Origin: Felis catus
Taxonomy: Eukaryota
Length of the DNA: 64,000 nucleotides
NCBI RefSeq assembly: GCF_018350175.1
Contig: NC_058368.1
Span: 24,864,001-24,928,000, forward strand
Direction: 5' to 3'
The notes beneath the pieces were generated by a model. It worked only from the letters and a program-made list of their open reading frames with translations, had not been told where the DNA came from and did no database searches. Below, one piece after another: positions 40,265 to 52,651 of the stretch. Both the position numbers and the translations under genes were made by a program. The number at the start of each line of letters is the position of its first letter. Position 1 is the first letter of the stretch.

Positions 40265-40829
40265 TTCTCATAGCCTCTTAAGTAGTAGCTAGGGTTAAGT
40301 CATGAAATAACCCGGCTGTGGAAGTGCCAAGTATATTAAGGAAAGGGACTATATCCCTAGAGAGGTACACCTGCCCGCGACACAGCATTTGACATTTTAG
40401 CTAGATCCTTGGAAGGTGGTGCTAATTGCTGTTAGGATGGTTTTTGGAAGCTTGGAGAAAGGAGTGGCCTGCATTTGGTGAACTAGAAATGTCAGAGCTA
40501 TTATGGCAGATGGTGAAAGAAAAGATTAAAAAAAAATTCCCCAAGCAGGACGTGCCGGGTTAGGAAACCCACCACACTCCCCGGATGGGCTCAGAGCACC
40601 TTGGAAAACAATAAGGAGTGTGCTAGCAAAAGGGTGGCTTTTTTTCACAGTCAGAGTAGCTTTTTATAAATAAGAGTTCTTTTTTGGTGAATAAATAATC
40701 CAGAAAGGCATAAAATTGGGGGGAAAAACACCAAGATATCATCCCCTTTAGAAAACATCATTAACATTTTGGTGATCATTCTTCCACGCATTTCTTTGTA
40801 TATTTATATACACTCCGTGACCACAGAGA

Positions 40830-41273
40830 CCTTTATTTTTTGAGAGAGAGAGAGTCCACGAGTGAGGGAGAGGGACAGGTGCAGAAAGAGAGAGAATCTC
40901 AAGCAGGCGCCATGGTCAACACGGAGCCCCACAGGGGGCTTGGGCTCAATCCCATGACCCTGGGATCATGACCTGAGCCAAAATCAAGAGTGGGACGCTC
41001 AACTGACTGAGCCCCCAAGGCCCTCCTCTTTTAAAAAGCAATCTTATGGGGCGCCTGGGTGGCTCAGTCGGTTAAGCGGCCGACTTCGGCTCAGGTCATG
41101 ATCTCGTGGTCCATGAGTTCGAGCCCCATGTCGGGCTCTGTGCTGACAGCTCAGAGCCTGGAGCCTGTTTCAGATTCTGTGTCTCCCTCTTTCTCTGACC
41201 CTCCCCTGTTCATGATCTCTCTCTCTCTCTCTCTCTGTCTCAAAAATAAATAAATGTTTAAAAAAAAAAAAAA
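40830..41273. mobile_element. Head-to-head Can-SINEs (- 40830-41024; + 41048-41273)
   Basis: Second copy has TSD aaaagcaatcttat. Confidence 0.88.
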
Positions 41274-42818
41274 AGCAATCTTATTTCCTCTCCCCACTTC
41301 CCTCACCCACCCAATCCTTCGAATGCCATTCCACACCACCCAAATCAATGTTAACTCTGTGCTGTTTCTTCGTTCATCAGTTTTCTCCTGCTTTTGACGC
41401 AGGTAATTTTCCTTTTTCTAATTTATTTATTTTTCACAAAAATGGGATCATATTGTATAGACTTCCCCACATCTTGCTTCTCTCCCTTAGTGCATCATGT
41501 AAATCCCCCTCAGGTAAATCTAACTCCTTCTTTATAATGGTTACAAAACATTCTAGAAGGTACAGACACTACCAGCGTTCAACAGTTCTGTTACTGACAA
41601 GCATTCGTGGGGTTTCTGCTTATTGTTACTATGAATGGTCCTGCAGTATCTGCCCTTGAACATATTTCCTTAAGCACTGGTTGAATAATTTAATGCTAAA
41701 ACCTTACCAGAGATTGACACAAAATTTCCTAGTCTGTTTTTTTTTTTCTGTGAGCCAGTCTTTCCTTCTTCTGAAAATCAAATCTCCGTAGGCTTATTTC
41801 CAGGATTTAAAATCTTTCAATCAGGCTTTCTACAATAAAACCATCTTCCACTCTATCAAAATTATTCTCATAAATCACAAGTCAAGTGATGTCTTTTTCC
41901 TAATTCTTAATTGCCTACAACATAAAGACCGATTTCTCAGCATGCATTCAAAATTTTCTCTAGAGAAGGACTGAAATAAGTTTTCAAACTCATTTCTATT
42001 TAGCTACTCTCCTATCCTACACTTGGCAACAATGAACAACTTGCTATTTCCCCAACAGTGCCCTTTTGTCTCCTGCCACAGGACCTTTACACGCTCTAAG
42101 TTACCCAATCATCACCTCCATGAAGCCTTTGCTAATAATGACAAGCAGAAGTTGTCATAACCTCTTTTGTATTTCCAGAGCTCTTGTTAACATGGTTTTT
42201 TTAATGCTATAGAATAGTACCAAATTATTTCTCAAACTTTTTGTACCAGTTTATATTTTCACCAGTAGTGGAAATGATTTCCTAAAGCCCTTCCTCCTTG
42301 CTAACACTGGATGCTATCTGACTTTTAAATTTTTGCAGTTGAGTGGTTGTGAAATGGAATCCCCTTACAACTTTAATTTTTAATTTTCTGACTCACTCAT
42401 AAAGTACAGTATCTCCATTCAATTATTTTTTCGTGACAAGTGGGTACTATAATTCCTTTCTGTAGTCTAGATACGAATCCTTTATCAGTTACACATGTTG
42501 AAAATATCTTGTTTGTTTATCTTTTTTCTCTTTCTGATGTCTTTTTTTATCCATCATTTCCTTCTAGGTTTAGGCTGTATTGTGTGGTAAGAGCTCTTGC
42601 CCAATTTCTATGAAATTAAAATGTGTCTAACCCCAAGAAGTAGCAGTTCCACTTGTAGACAAATTCCAGCCCAATATATTCTTCAGCACAGATGATAACC
42701 TTGAACATACAATGTTGAGGGAGAAAAAATAAGATACAGAAGGACACGTACAGTATATGAATTTTATAGAGTTACATCAAGCAAACCTAAGGATGTCTTA
42801 AGAATCTACACATTCAAT

Positions 42819-43042
42819 GGGGCGCCTGGGTGGCTCAGTCGATTAAGCGGCCGACTTTGGCTCAGGTCATGATCTCACGGTCCGTGAGTTCAAGCCCCAC
42901 GTCGGGCTCTGTGCTGACGGCTCAGAGCCTGGAGCCTGTTTCAGATTCTGTGTCTCCCCCCTCTCTCTGACCCTCCCCTGTTCATGCTCTGTCTCTCTCT
43001 GTCTCAAAAATAAATGAACATTAAAAAAAATTAAAAAAAAAA
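42819..43042 (+). mobile_element. Can-SINE
   Basis: TSD aagaatctacacattcaa. Confidence 0.92.
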
Positions 43043-43331
43043 AGAATCTACACATTCAAGAATCCATCATGTGTTCAAGAATCCATAGTACAGAGAAAAA
43101 GTAAGGGAATGAGCAAAGTGAAAATTTAGGGTAGTGGGTACCTTTTGGGATGTGGTAAGGAGGCAGAGTGGGGAGGAACCCACAAGGAGCTTCAAGGACA
43201 CCAATAACATTGGATTTCTTAAATGGCGTAATGGGTTCCCAGGCATTCATTTTATTATGTAATAAGCTAGTGTTAGCATTAATATTCCCTTATGCATCAA
43301 ATATTTAATTTTTAAAACTATACCTCATGCA

Positions 43332-43335
<4 letters not shown>

Positions 43336-43368
<33 letters not shown>
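43336..43368. repeat. (CA)n microsatellite
   Basis: Perfect CA run. Confidence 0.95.
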
Positions 43369-43371
<3 letters not shown>

Positions 43372-43471
43372 AGAAAGAAGTCCGTACTCTGCAGAATGAC
43401 TCCCATTCAAGAGAACTATTGATTTGGCAGTCGATTTGGAGCAGAAAGAATGAGAAAGTGTATGTTCTCTC

Positions 43472-43826
43472 TTTTTTTTCAATATATGAAATTTATTGTC
43501 AAATTGGTTTCCATACAACACCCAGTGCTCATCCCAACAGGTGCCCTCCTCAATACCCATCACCCACCCTCCCCTCCCTCCCACCCCCCATCAACCCTCA
43601 GTTTGTTCTCAGTTTTTAAGAGTCTCTTATGGTTTGGCTCTCTCCCACTCTAACCTCTTTTTTTTTTTTTTTCCTTCCCCTCCCCCATGGGTTTCTGTTA
43701 AGTTTCTCAGGATCCACATAAGAGTGAAACCATATGGTATCTGTCTTTCTCTGTATGGCTTATTTCACTTAGCATCACACTCTCCAGTTCCATCCACGTT
43801 GCTACAAAAGGCCATATTTCATTCTT
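43472..43826 (-). mobile_element. 5'-truncated felid L1 (L1_Fc-like) 3' end
   Basis: aatttattgtcaaattggtttccatacaacacccagtgctcatccc typical of cat L1 3' UTR. Confidence 0.85.
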
Positions 43827-43985
43827 ATTCTCTTTTTAACCCTTAGCCTGTAGCAAGATCCTCTTTTCTTTTACTATTTAAAGTTTTTGTTTTTCCTTTT
43901 TACAATTACCTAGAGGATTATGTAAAAATAAACCTCATTTAAATTTTTTTATTTAACCTCAAAATTCTGTGTTATTCTTTCCCAG

Positions 43986-44061
43986 TGGCCAGGTTTTATC
44001 AGCTTTTCCTAGAACCTCCAGGCAAGTTCAGATTGTGCAGAATCTTACTACAACATATGAG
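43986..44061 (+). CDS. CPB2: CPB2 exon 2, activation peptide, 76 nt
   Basis: cccag acceptor, gtaatt donor; GQVLSAFPRTSRQVQIVQNLTTTYE. Confidence 0.96.
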
Positions 44062-44087
44062 GTAATTTTTCCCTCATTTATCTTTAC

Positions 44088-44691
44088 GTTTGAGCCTTGA
44101 ATAACACGGGTTTGAACTGCGTGGATCCGCTTACAGACAGATATGTGAGAAAGAAAAGTATAGTACCGTAAATGTATTTTTCTTATGATTTTCTTAATAA
44201 CATTTGATTTTTCCTAGTTTACTTTATTATAAAAACACAGTATATTCAGGTGCCTGGGTGGCTCAATCAGTTAAGTGTCAGACTCTTGATTTCAGTTCAG
44301 GTCATGATCTCACGGTTTGGTTTGTGAGATCAAGCCCCACGTTGGGCTCTACACTGATAGCACAGAGCCTGCTTGGGATTCTCTCTCTCTCTCTCTCTCT
44401 CTCTGCCCCTCTCCTGCTTGCACTTGCTCGCTCTCTCGAAATAAATCATAATCCATTGTTATTAAATAATTTATTATTTAATAAAAATCTCTCAAACTTA
44501 AATGAAAATACTGTATATAATATGTACAACATATAACATATGTGTTTATCAACTGTTTATGTTATCAGGAAGCCTCCACTTAACCATGGGCTATTAGTAG
44601 TTAAATTTGGGGGAGCTCAAAGTTATACACAGATTTTCAACTGCACAGGAGTCAGCACCCCTAACCCCACATTCTTCAAGGATCAACTGTA
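44088..44691. mobile_element. Tigger2-like DNA transposon fossil with a Can-SINE (+, about 44248-44450) inserted
   Basis: Ends ttgagccttgaataacacgggtttgaactgc and ttcaaggatcaactgta. Confidence 0.75.
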
Positions 44692-46246
44692 TATCGGCTT
44701 CATGGTGTCTAAATTTTGTGTGCCATGTTCTCTCATATGTTGTCTGACTTACATATAGCTGACATAAACCCCTCTTCTTATAGCCTTCTCCCCCTCCCCA
44801 TAATCACATGATTTTGCCAGTGCTAAAATCAAAACATTCTTCGTTTGTGCTATTGGCTTTTCAGCCTATTTCATCATAGTAGCACTTTGGGAGTGAAAGT
44901 TGGTACTTACAAAGATGTTATGATGACAGAAGTCCAATAGAACTTTGCTTACAAAATAATGGTTCTTAAAAAGCAGTAGGCAGCAAAACTACAGGGGAGC
45001 GTTTGTTAAAATCTTCATGCTTGGGACCCATCTGCCCAGAATGCCTAAGGTGTAGAAAGCTGACAAGAGTTACAAGATGTCATGGTAGAAAATTGACGGC
45101 CCCCTGCTTGTCAGTGAAGGTTCTCCTGAAGCAGACATCAAAACCAGATTGAAGATGCCAGCTATGCGTACTGAGAGGAATGCTTGGGAAGGACGAAGAG
45201 GAGAAAGTTAGAGATGGCAGGGGGCACTTTCAGACCAGACACAGCTCTGACACTTTTGCAGACACGGAGACTTTGTAGATTCCGGGGCAGTTCCGATGAA
45301 GGTCTGGCTAGACCAGTGGTCAGTCCTGAAGCCAAAGCCACCGGGCTTTGGAAACCCATATCTCGCAAGAAGGGTCCTGCAAGAATATGCCCTCAGTGCC
45401 TGGTCCGTGGCTGGCTGCAGCCCTGGGGCAGCACGGCATCAGGCTCGGGCGGATCAAGAGGGGCAGTGGCTGGGAAGGCCTTTCAACTATGCTCCTCTCA
45501 ACAGAAGCACCGAGCGGTGCGTTTTCATGGCCATCACACCATGGACAGAGGACATACCTCTGGAGGAAGCATTAGACATTTAGAATCTTAGTCCTTAATC
45601 TGCCACTTCCTACGTGTATGATTTTAGACACGCTGGCTGTGGGCCTTAATTTCTTCATTATTTCCACAGTGGAAATAGTAACACCCGCCTCGCCTACATC
45701 AAAGCGTAATTACAATGGTCAAAGGAAATGGGTGTGAAAATGCTTGAAAAAAGTGCAGTAAAGTAGAAAAAAAAAAAGTCAGTACTATTAAAAGTCCTTG
45801 CCCAAAGCCCATAATTAGATTAAAGAAAAGGAATATCAACATGATAACAATATCAAGCACATGGAATTTTTATTAAAGAAGATCAACAGTAAATTAACTT
45901 TCTTTCTAGAGAGAATTTCATTTCTCCTTTAAACATCTGACATACACATCCAGCTTTAGAGTTGGGTCATAAATATATTCATTGGCTCATTCATTCTTGT
46001 CTAACCAAATATTTATTGAGCGCCTTGTATGTTCCGGGGCCTCTCTCCTGGGGTCGCAGAAAAGAATAAGACGAGCTCCCTGCAAAATAAATGTTTACAC
46101 TGCCACGTGTGTGAATGGGGACCAGCGGCTAGGAAATGTCTGTTTCACTTCTCCTATCGATACACGGTTTATGGCTTTAGCTATAGATGAGAAGGATGCG
46201 AACAACTGTTTTCGTTTTTATCAATTCTTCCCCTTGAAAACTGCAG

Positions 46247-46371
46247 ATTGTTCTCTGGCAGCCGGTAACAGCTGAATTTATTGAGAAGAAGAAAGAAGTC
46301 CATTTTTTTGTGAATGCCTCTGATGTAAGCAACGTGAAAGCGAATTTACATGACAACGCCATTCTGTTCAG
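46247..46371 (+). CDS. CPB2: CPB2 exon 3, activation peptide, 125 nt
   Basis: ctgcag acceptor, gtaggc donor; IVLWQPVTAEFIEKKKEVHFFVNASDVSNVKANLHDNAILF(S). Confidence 0.96.
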
Positions 46372-47889
46372 GTAGGCATCGTTCAGTATTTCTTGAGCGG
46401 CCATTAGACGCACCTATGAGGCATTGTATTAGCAGCCAGTATATTTGCTTTCTGGAAAAAATAAATACTTACACTGAACATGACCACACGGAAATCTCTG
46501 AAGTGGACCGGTGATGAAGTTTAAGTGGCCAGCTCTGCGACCTTGGACAAGTGGCTTCACCTCTCACAACCTGGGTCTCTTGCCTGAAAATGATTCAGAC
46601 TCAGTGATCTGGGGATCTCCTATAGTTCCTCCTTATTCCTTCCTTCTTTTAGTTCCTCTGCTCTGTCCCTAGACCTGGGGAGTAAAATTGTCATTCACTT
46701 TAGCAGGTTTTGTGGTATGTCTTAAAAAAGCAGCTCCTGAAGGGGATCCTGCTTCCTTTCTTGCTTCGCAAGGTCAGTGAACATTCCTGAACATCTGGGC
46801 CAAACTAAACATTGTATCAGAGGCAATTTCTGTCCAGACGCCACACCCCCTTCCTCTTGGATGCTCCTGTTCAACGTCTCCATACTATGTCCGCTGTTCA
46901 AGAGCCAGGATTCCACCTGCGACCCTAGCATTCCTGGAGGCCAAGCTCTCTCCCGCTTATCAATGGGCAGCCTTTGGATAAGACACTACGATGATTATTA
47001 GTAATATGTTATAGGTGTTTACCGCCTTCCTGGAACTGTGCTGAGCCCTTCTACACATTGCTTCATTGAATTCTAATTTACCTCTGTAAGATAGATACTA
47101 TCCTCACTAGGCAGATATGAAAAAACTGTTTCGTACTCACAAAGGAATTTCTCAAGATCATAACACATAGAACATAGCAGGGCAAAGAGTTGAAGTCAGC
47201 CTTCTCTGATGTCAAAGCCTTGGCTTTTATCCGCTGACCCCTCCAAAAAAAAGGAATAACATTAAAATGATAGCTAACTTTCAAACTGTTCATCCCAGGT
47301 GACGCAACAGCTTAATTCACTTAAAATGTTTGCCTAGTTAACAGTGTGGCAATTCTCAAGAGAATTAAACAAGCTGCCTTTCTGGTACCTTCTCTTTCCC
47401 TGTGCTTCTGTTTCTCTAGAGATTTGATCATCTTTGGCTATGCAGAACATCTGGTGTAGGTCAATGGCTGTCACGATGAGAAACAAAAAGAAAAGGCTTT
47501 CTGCTTCTCCTCGGTCCTCAGCTGAAAACAGAATAATACAATGTTAGTCTGGATTTAAGAAAGTTGTCCATTAACCTTAAAGACACTGACGAATCACAGT
47601 CAAGGAATGTTGGTAATGGTGAGGAAAGGGTGAGTTGGGGGGGGCCTTCAAAACACATCACACAGGAGCCACTTTGTCTCAGCTCTCATGTGGGTTCCAC
47701 CAAGAAGGTCTGTGAATTTCAGCTTGCTACCGCGTGAGGGGTTATTGTTTGCACCTTGATGACGTTTACCTCGTTAAATTTCTCAGTGATTTTTTTCCCC
47801 CATGCTCACCTGTTGCTGTACCCGCAGTGGGTCGTGGGAGAATCAGAGTCCTGTTTGGAAATCAGCTGCCCCTCTGTTTCGTCCCCCAG

Positions 47890-47998
47890 CATCCTGGTGG
47901 AAGAAGTGGCAGATCTTATTCAACAGCAGACTGCCAATGACACGGTCAGCCCCCGGACCTCTTCCTCGTACTACGAACAGTATCACTCGCTGAATGAA
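47890..47998 (+). CDS. CPB2: CPB2 exon 4 with activation cleavage site, 109 nt
   Basis: cccag acceptor, gtaagc donor; ILVEEVADLIQQQTANDTVSPR/TSSSYYEQYHSLNE. Confidence 0.96.
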
Positions 47999-48512
47999 GT
48001 AAGCCATTACGTTGCTCTCCAAAATCACTATTTTAATTTAGTTAGCATGGCCATTTCAACCATGGGATATTATTAAAAAACAGAATTAGTGGAAGAGAGT
48101 AAAAAAAAAAAATTACGATTAGGTTGATTATACGGTGGTAACCTAGCCTCTTGTGGATACCTTCCCTGGGGAGGTTGCATTCTATTAGGACCCTGCCTGT
48201 AAGCAGGCTGTTTGTCCAGAGTTGAGAGTGTCTCTAACTGCTAGCAGTAACACTACACCTTAAGGAACAACAGGAAATAAAAATAGGGGCTTTTTATTGA
48301 CACTGCCCCAAAGAAATTAACAGTCTAATTAATCATGTGTCTTTGGACTATTACCCTGATCGTATTCTTACTGAATAATTGCTACATTTTCTCTCACTGA
48401 ATTAGAGGAATTTACTCACTCATACTTAGTACATGGTCAATACCTGCGTTTTATTCCCCTTAGGAGGAATCTATTTAAATGAATAACGTTACTGATAATA
48501 ATACCAGTTGTA

Positions 48513-48720
48513 TTTTTTTTTTTAACGTTTATTTATTTTTGAGAGGGAGAGAGACAGAGCACGAACGGAGGAGGGGCAGAGAGAGAGGGAGACACAGAAT
48601 CGGAAGCAGGCTCCAAGCTCTGAGCCATCAGCCCAGAGCCTGACGCGGGGCTGGAATGCACAGACCACGAGATCTGAGCTGAAGTCGGACGCTTAACCAA
48701 CTCAGCCACTCAGGCGCCGC
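48513..48720 (-). mobile_element. Can-SINE
   Basis: Antisense copy with short internal deletion. Confidence 0.9.
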
Positions 48721-49451
48721 TGTATTTTAATCTTTAAGAAGTTGATTTTTTTCCCTATCAGTACTTACAGGTTCCCATTTGCTACAGGGAACCCGAGAAA
48801 AATGCTGCTGTTCGGCTGTGACCTTTCATGTAACACTCTCAGAACCGTTTCCCCATATTGTTAATTGAAAGGGTAAACTCCTTAGAGGACTTTCTTTTTT
48901 ATATAGTATGCTCCAAGTAATAAAAATCCCTTGATACCTTTTATTCCTTCATCGGAGTATGCTGCTGTATTGCCTAATGTTAAGTATTTTTATCATCTTT
49001 GGCTAGGTGCCCAGAAACTGTTAAGGACCATATCCATGTTTTTAAGACATCTAAGACTTAAGAAATACGAATCAATTTGCTATTTAATCTTCAAAAGCAT
49101 CTGTTCCTTTCCAGTTAGTTAAACCGGAACTCGGTCGGCTTCTAGAATCCATGTGCCTGGCCGATTGATGGGGATCTTAAAATTGCATCCCCTCCTTTGC
49201 CTCTCCTCCCTTGTCTCTATTCCCCTGAGACGTCTCCCCTCCAGTGTCCCCAATCTGATGCTCGGTGGGTGTGATTTGCAAAATCACTGCTGTGCTGAAT
49301 TCGATGGGAAGAGGGGAACGCCTGAAAAAAGTACTTTTAAATATTTTAAAAATATTTTTTCATGATTTTGTTCAAAAGGGTGACTTTTTCTTACCTTGTC
49401 TCCAGGAGAGAGTGGGAAGGACATGGGGCAGGGGTGGGGGGGAAGGACATG

Positions 49452-49856
49452 ACTATTAGTCTGCCATAACAAAGTGCCCCAGACTGGGTAACTTGGACCA
49501 CAGAAATGTATTCTCTCCCAGTTCTGGGGGCTGGAAGTGCATCATCAAGGTGACAGCAGGGGTGGTTTCTCCTGAGGTGTCTCTCCTTGACTTGTAGACG
49601 GTTGCCTTCGCAGTGTGTCCTCACATGCCCTTCTCTCTGTGTGCACATCCCTGGTTTCCCTCCGTATGTTTATGTCCTGATCTCCACTTCTTATGAGGAC
49701 ACCAGGCAGGGTGGGTGAGGGCCGACACCAGCAGCCTCATTTTAACTTAATTACCTCTTTAACGGCCCTATCTCCAAATGTAGTCACGTTCTAAGGCGCT
49801 GGGGGTTACGGTTTCAGTGTATGAATTCGGAGGAGAACACAATTCAGTTCGTAACA
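49452..49856 (-). mobile_element. MLT1-type LTR
   Basis: ctgccataacaaagtgccccagactgggt...acacaattcag motifs. Confidence 0.75.
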
Positions 49857-50112
49857 GTGACAATCCAGGAAACATTGCAGACCTCTTCTCCCTCCCCGCC
49901 TCAATCCTTAGGGTTCATAGGATCCATGGCCATCTGGCCCTCAGGAAATTCCACCAAGTCCTTCCTTTGCCCTCGCCCTTGGCATTGATCTCTCCTTCAG
50001 CCCTCACCGCGAGGTCACCTGGTGGGCAGGAGAGTTCTTTTGTCATTGATTCCCACTGGGATCCACTGTAGGGAGAAAAACAAAAGGGCCAAAAAATGCT
50101 TCTTCCCTCTCT

Positions 50113-50321
50113 CTTTTTTTTTTTTAATGTTTATTTTTCAGAGAGAGAGAGAGAGAGCGCAACAGAGGGGCAGAGAGAGAGGGAGACAGAGAATCCAAAG
50201 CAGGCTCCAGGCTCTGAGCTGTCAGCACAGAGCCCGACGCAGGGCTCGAACCCACGAACCTGCGAGATCATGACCCGATCCGAAGTCAGACGCTTAACTG
50301 ACTGAGCCACCCAGGCGCCCC
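50113..50321 (-). mobile_element. Can-SINE
   Basis: Antisense full copy; flanking ggccaaaaa duplication. Confidence 0.9.
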
Positions 50322-51137
50322 GGCCAAAAAATAACTCCTTAAGACAAATGGCAAAAGAAGAGAGTTATTCAAAGGGTGTTACCTTCACTAGCTCAGATTA
50401 GATTGTGAGATGAACAGTTTCCTGCAAAGCTGCCTTCACACAACACAGCCTCCCTGGTTGGAGGAAATGTACCGAACCATTAATACTGAAACACAAAATA
50501 GTTTCATGTAGTAGTTGTCTCAGATGCACTCATGCCTTAGAAGAGTAGCATGGTACACAGAGGCCCAGCGAGGAAATCTCTGATGGCTAGATGCCCAACA
50601 CTGCAGGCACGGACAGCATTGGTATTTGGTGACAGGTGGGCCTTCGGAGAGCATCTTAATCCCCAGCACAGGACAACCACTTACCCTAGTTATGCTACTT
50701 TGAGAGGATCCACGGTGCTCCAGGTCCCATCAACTTGAAATCACCTCTAGATAAGGTCCCAGAAATAAGGCCAAGCGTTGGTCACTCCCGTTGCAGAAGG
50801 TATACAAATACAAGTATGGTCCCTGAGAAGTTGGTCTGCAAACATGACCGAGTTCCATCGTTCAAACCCTGATTTGAAGTGGACACTAGCCTCAAGTCAG
50901 GTCCGGGAGTTTTTGTCTCTTCCTTCCACTGTAATCTGGACAGAATCACAACCACCACTAGACTTGCAGCCAGGAGAAAGGTCCTGAATCGAACGAGAGA
51001 ATATTTTTCCTGCAGATTGTCCTCACCCCTGCCTCCTATCACTTTACACATCTTGTTGCGAGTGCACAGATCTCTAGTGGGGAACGACGGTGATTTATCC
51101 TGTACAAAGACAGTGCCTCTTTAGGTTACTCTTCTTA

Positions 51138-51352
51138 GGGGCGCCTGGGTGGCTCATTCGGTTAGGTGTCTGACTTTGGCTCAGGTCATGATCTCACGGT
51201 TTGTGAGTTCAAGCCCCGAATCACATCATGTGCTGTCAGCTCAGAGCCTGGGGCTGCTTATGATTCTGTGTCTCCCTCTCTCTGCCCCTCCCCCACTCAC
51301 CCTCTGTCTCTGTCTCTGTCTCTCTCTCAAAAATAAATAAATATTAAAAAAA
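51138..51352 (+). mobile_element. Can-SINE
   Basis: Full head and tail. Confidence 0.9.
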
Positions 51353-51625
51353 TTTTTTAAGATTAACTTTTCCTACTTTGTGCTAAGTTTTTCAGTCCTT
51401 TTCTACTCTTTCTCTAACCCTTGATATCGTTCAAAACTTTAATTTTATCTATTTTCCGAAAGAGCAGGAGGAACACCCTGCCCCAACTGTTTTTGTTCGT
51501 TCTTATTTCCTTATGCAAAGATTTTTAAAGGGATCGCCTTGCCTTGATGAAATTGTCTCCTTCCTTGGGCCAGGAAAATGCTTTGAACTTGTTCTGCGAC
51601 TGACTGCTGGTTTCTGCTTTGATAG

Positions 51626-51727
51626 ATCTATTCTTGGATTGAAGTTATAACTGAAAACTATCCTGATATGGTTGAAAAAATCCACATTGGATCCTCATAC
51701 GAGAAGTACCCACTTTATGTTTTAAAG
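51626..51727 (+). CDS. CPB2: CPB2 exon 5, 102 nt
   Basis: gatag acceptor, gtatgc donor; IYSWIEVITENYPDMVEKIHIGSSYEKYPLYVLK. Confidence 0.96.
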
Positions 51728-51999
51728 GTATGCTGTGGGGGCAGTCGCTGATCTATCCACTTTGGAGAATGTGTTACTTCTCCAATGGTGCTTGTTATAA
51801 CTTGCATATTTTTCTTTGAGCTGTGGAAATATTTGTATTATGGGTCTTCCTCGGTTTTACTATCCAGCTATTTGGGGATTAGTTATTACCCTTACATTTT
51901 CTCCTTTACTAATGCAGGATGGATGGGAGAGTGAAAAGCCTATTTTCAGAATCCACTCTCTCTGTTTATGTGACATAGATAAGCCATTTATTTTTTTTC

Positions 52000-52175
52000 T
52001 CCTTTTTTTAAATGTAATTTATTATCAAGTTAGCGAGCATGCAGTGTATACAGTGTGCTCTTGGCTTCGGGAGTAGATTCCTGTGATTCATCGCTTACCT
52101 ACAATACCCAGTGCTCATCCCAACAAGTGCCCTCCTCGGTGCCCATCACCCATCTTCCCTGCCCTTCTGGCCCCA
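52000..52175 (-). mobile_element. Short carnivore L1 3' fragment
   Basis: cccagtgctcatcccaacaagtgccctcc shared with the 43472 element. Confidence 0.75.
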
Positions 52176-52651
52176 CCCCTTCCTGAGCTTCAGTGGCTAC
52201 CTTCATAAAATAAGGGAGTCGTCTGGATTATTTTTCTCAAGTCTGTTATTTACTTACCACCACTACCACCAGCACCTCTGACTGCCTTACTTAGGAGGAA
52301 ACAAATACAGAGGAATCTGTTGTTAGACAAACATTGACCCGGATGTAGTTTTTGGAACCAAAGAAACAGCTTAACAACCACACCAAGGGAAGGATAGGAA
52401 CCAGGGCTATGTCGGGGGCCTGGGCAGTAGGACTAATGTGATAACTTCTGCTCCAGTCGCCGTCCATTTGGTTATTTATTTTTAGTTGAATAAATTGGTC
52501 TTAGTAAAGGTCAGCGACTATGGCCACAGAAAGAATTTTTGGGAGCCATGAAATCATACTAATTCCTGCCTGTTAATTTCTAATTCTGCATTTCTTTTTT
52601 TGTTTGTTTGTTTTAGCTGTTCCCCCTAACCCTTCCTCAAAAAATAATTAA

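Larger units (their letters stand above)
35485..40620 (-). mobile_element. Degenerate ERV-L-class provirus (LTR16-like LTR about 35485-35940, integrase/dUTPase-like remnants), interrupted by younger elements
   Basis: Minus-strand peptides LLTKIDRATLVAKCPTCQQQ (integrase zinc-finger CxxC) and SPQARIHGSRNQ...LKVLVP resemble ERV-L pol; many stops and frameshifts. Confidence 0.72.
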
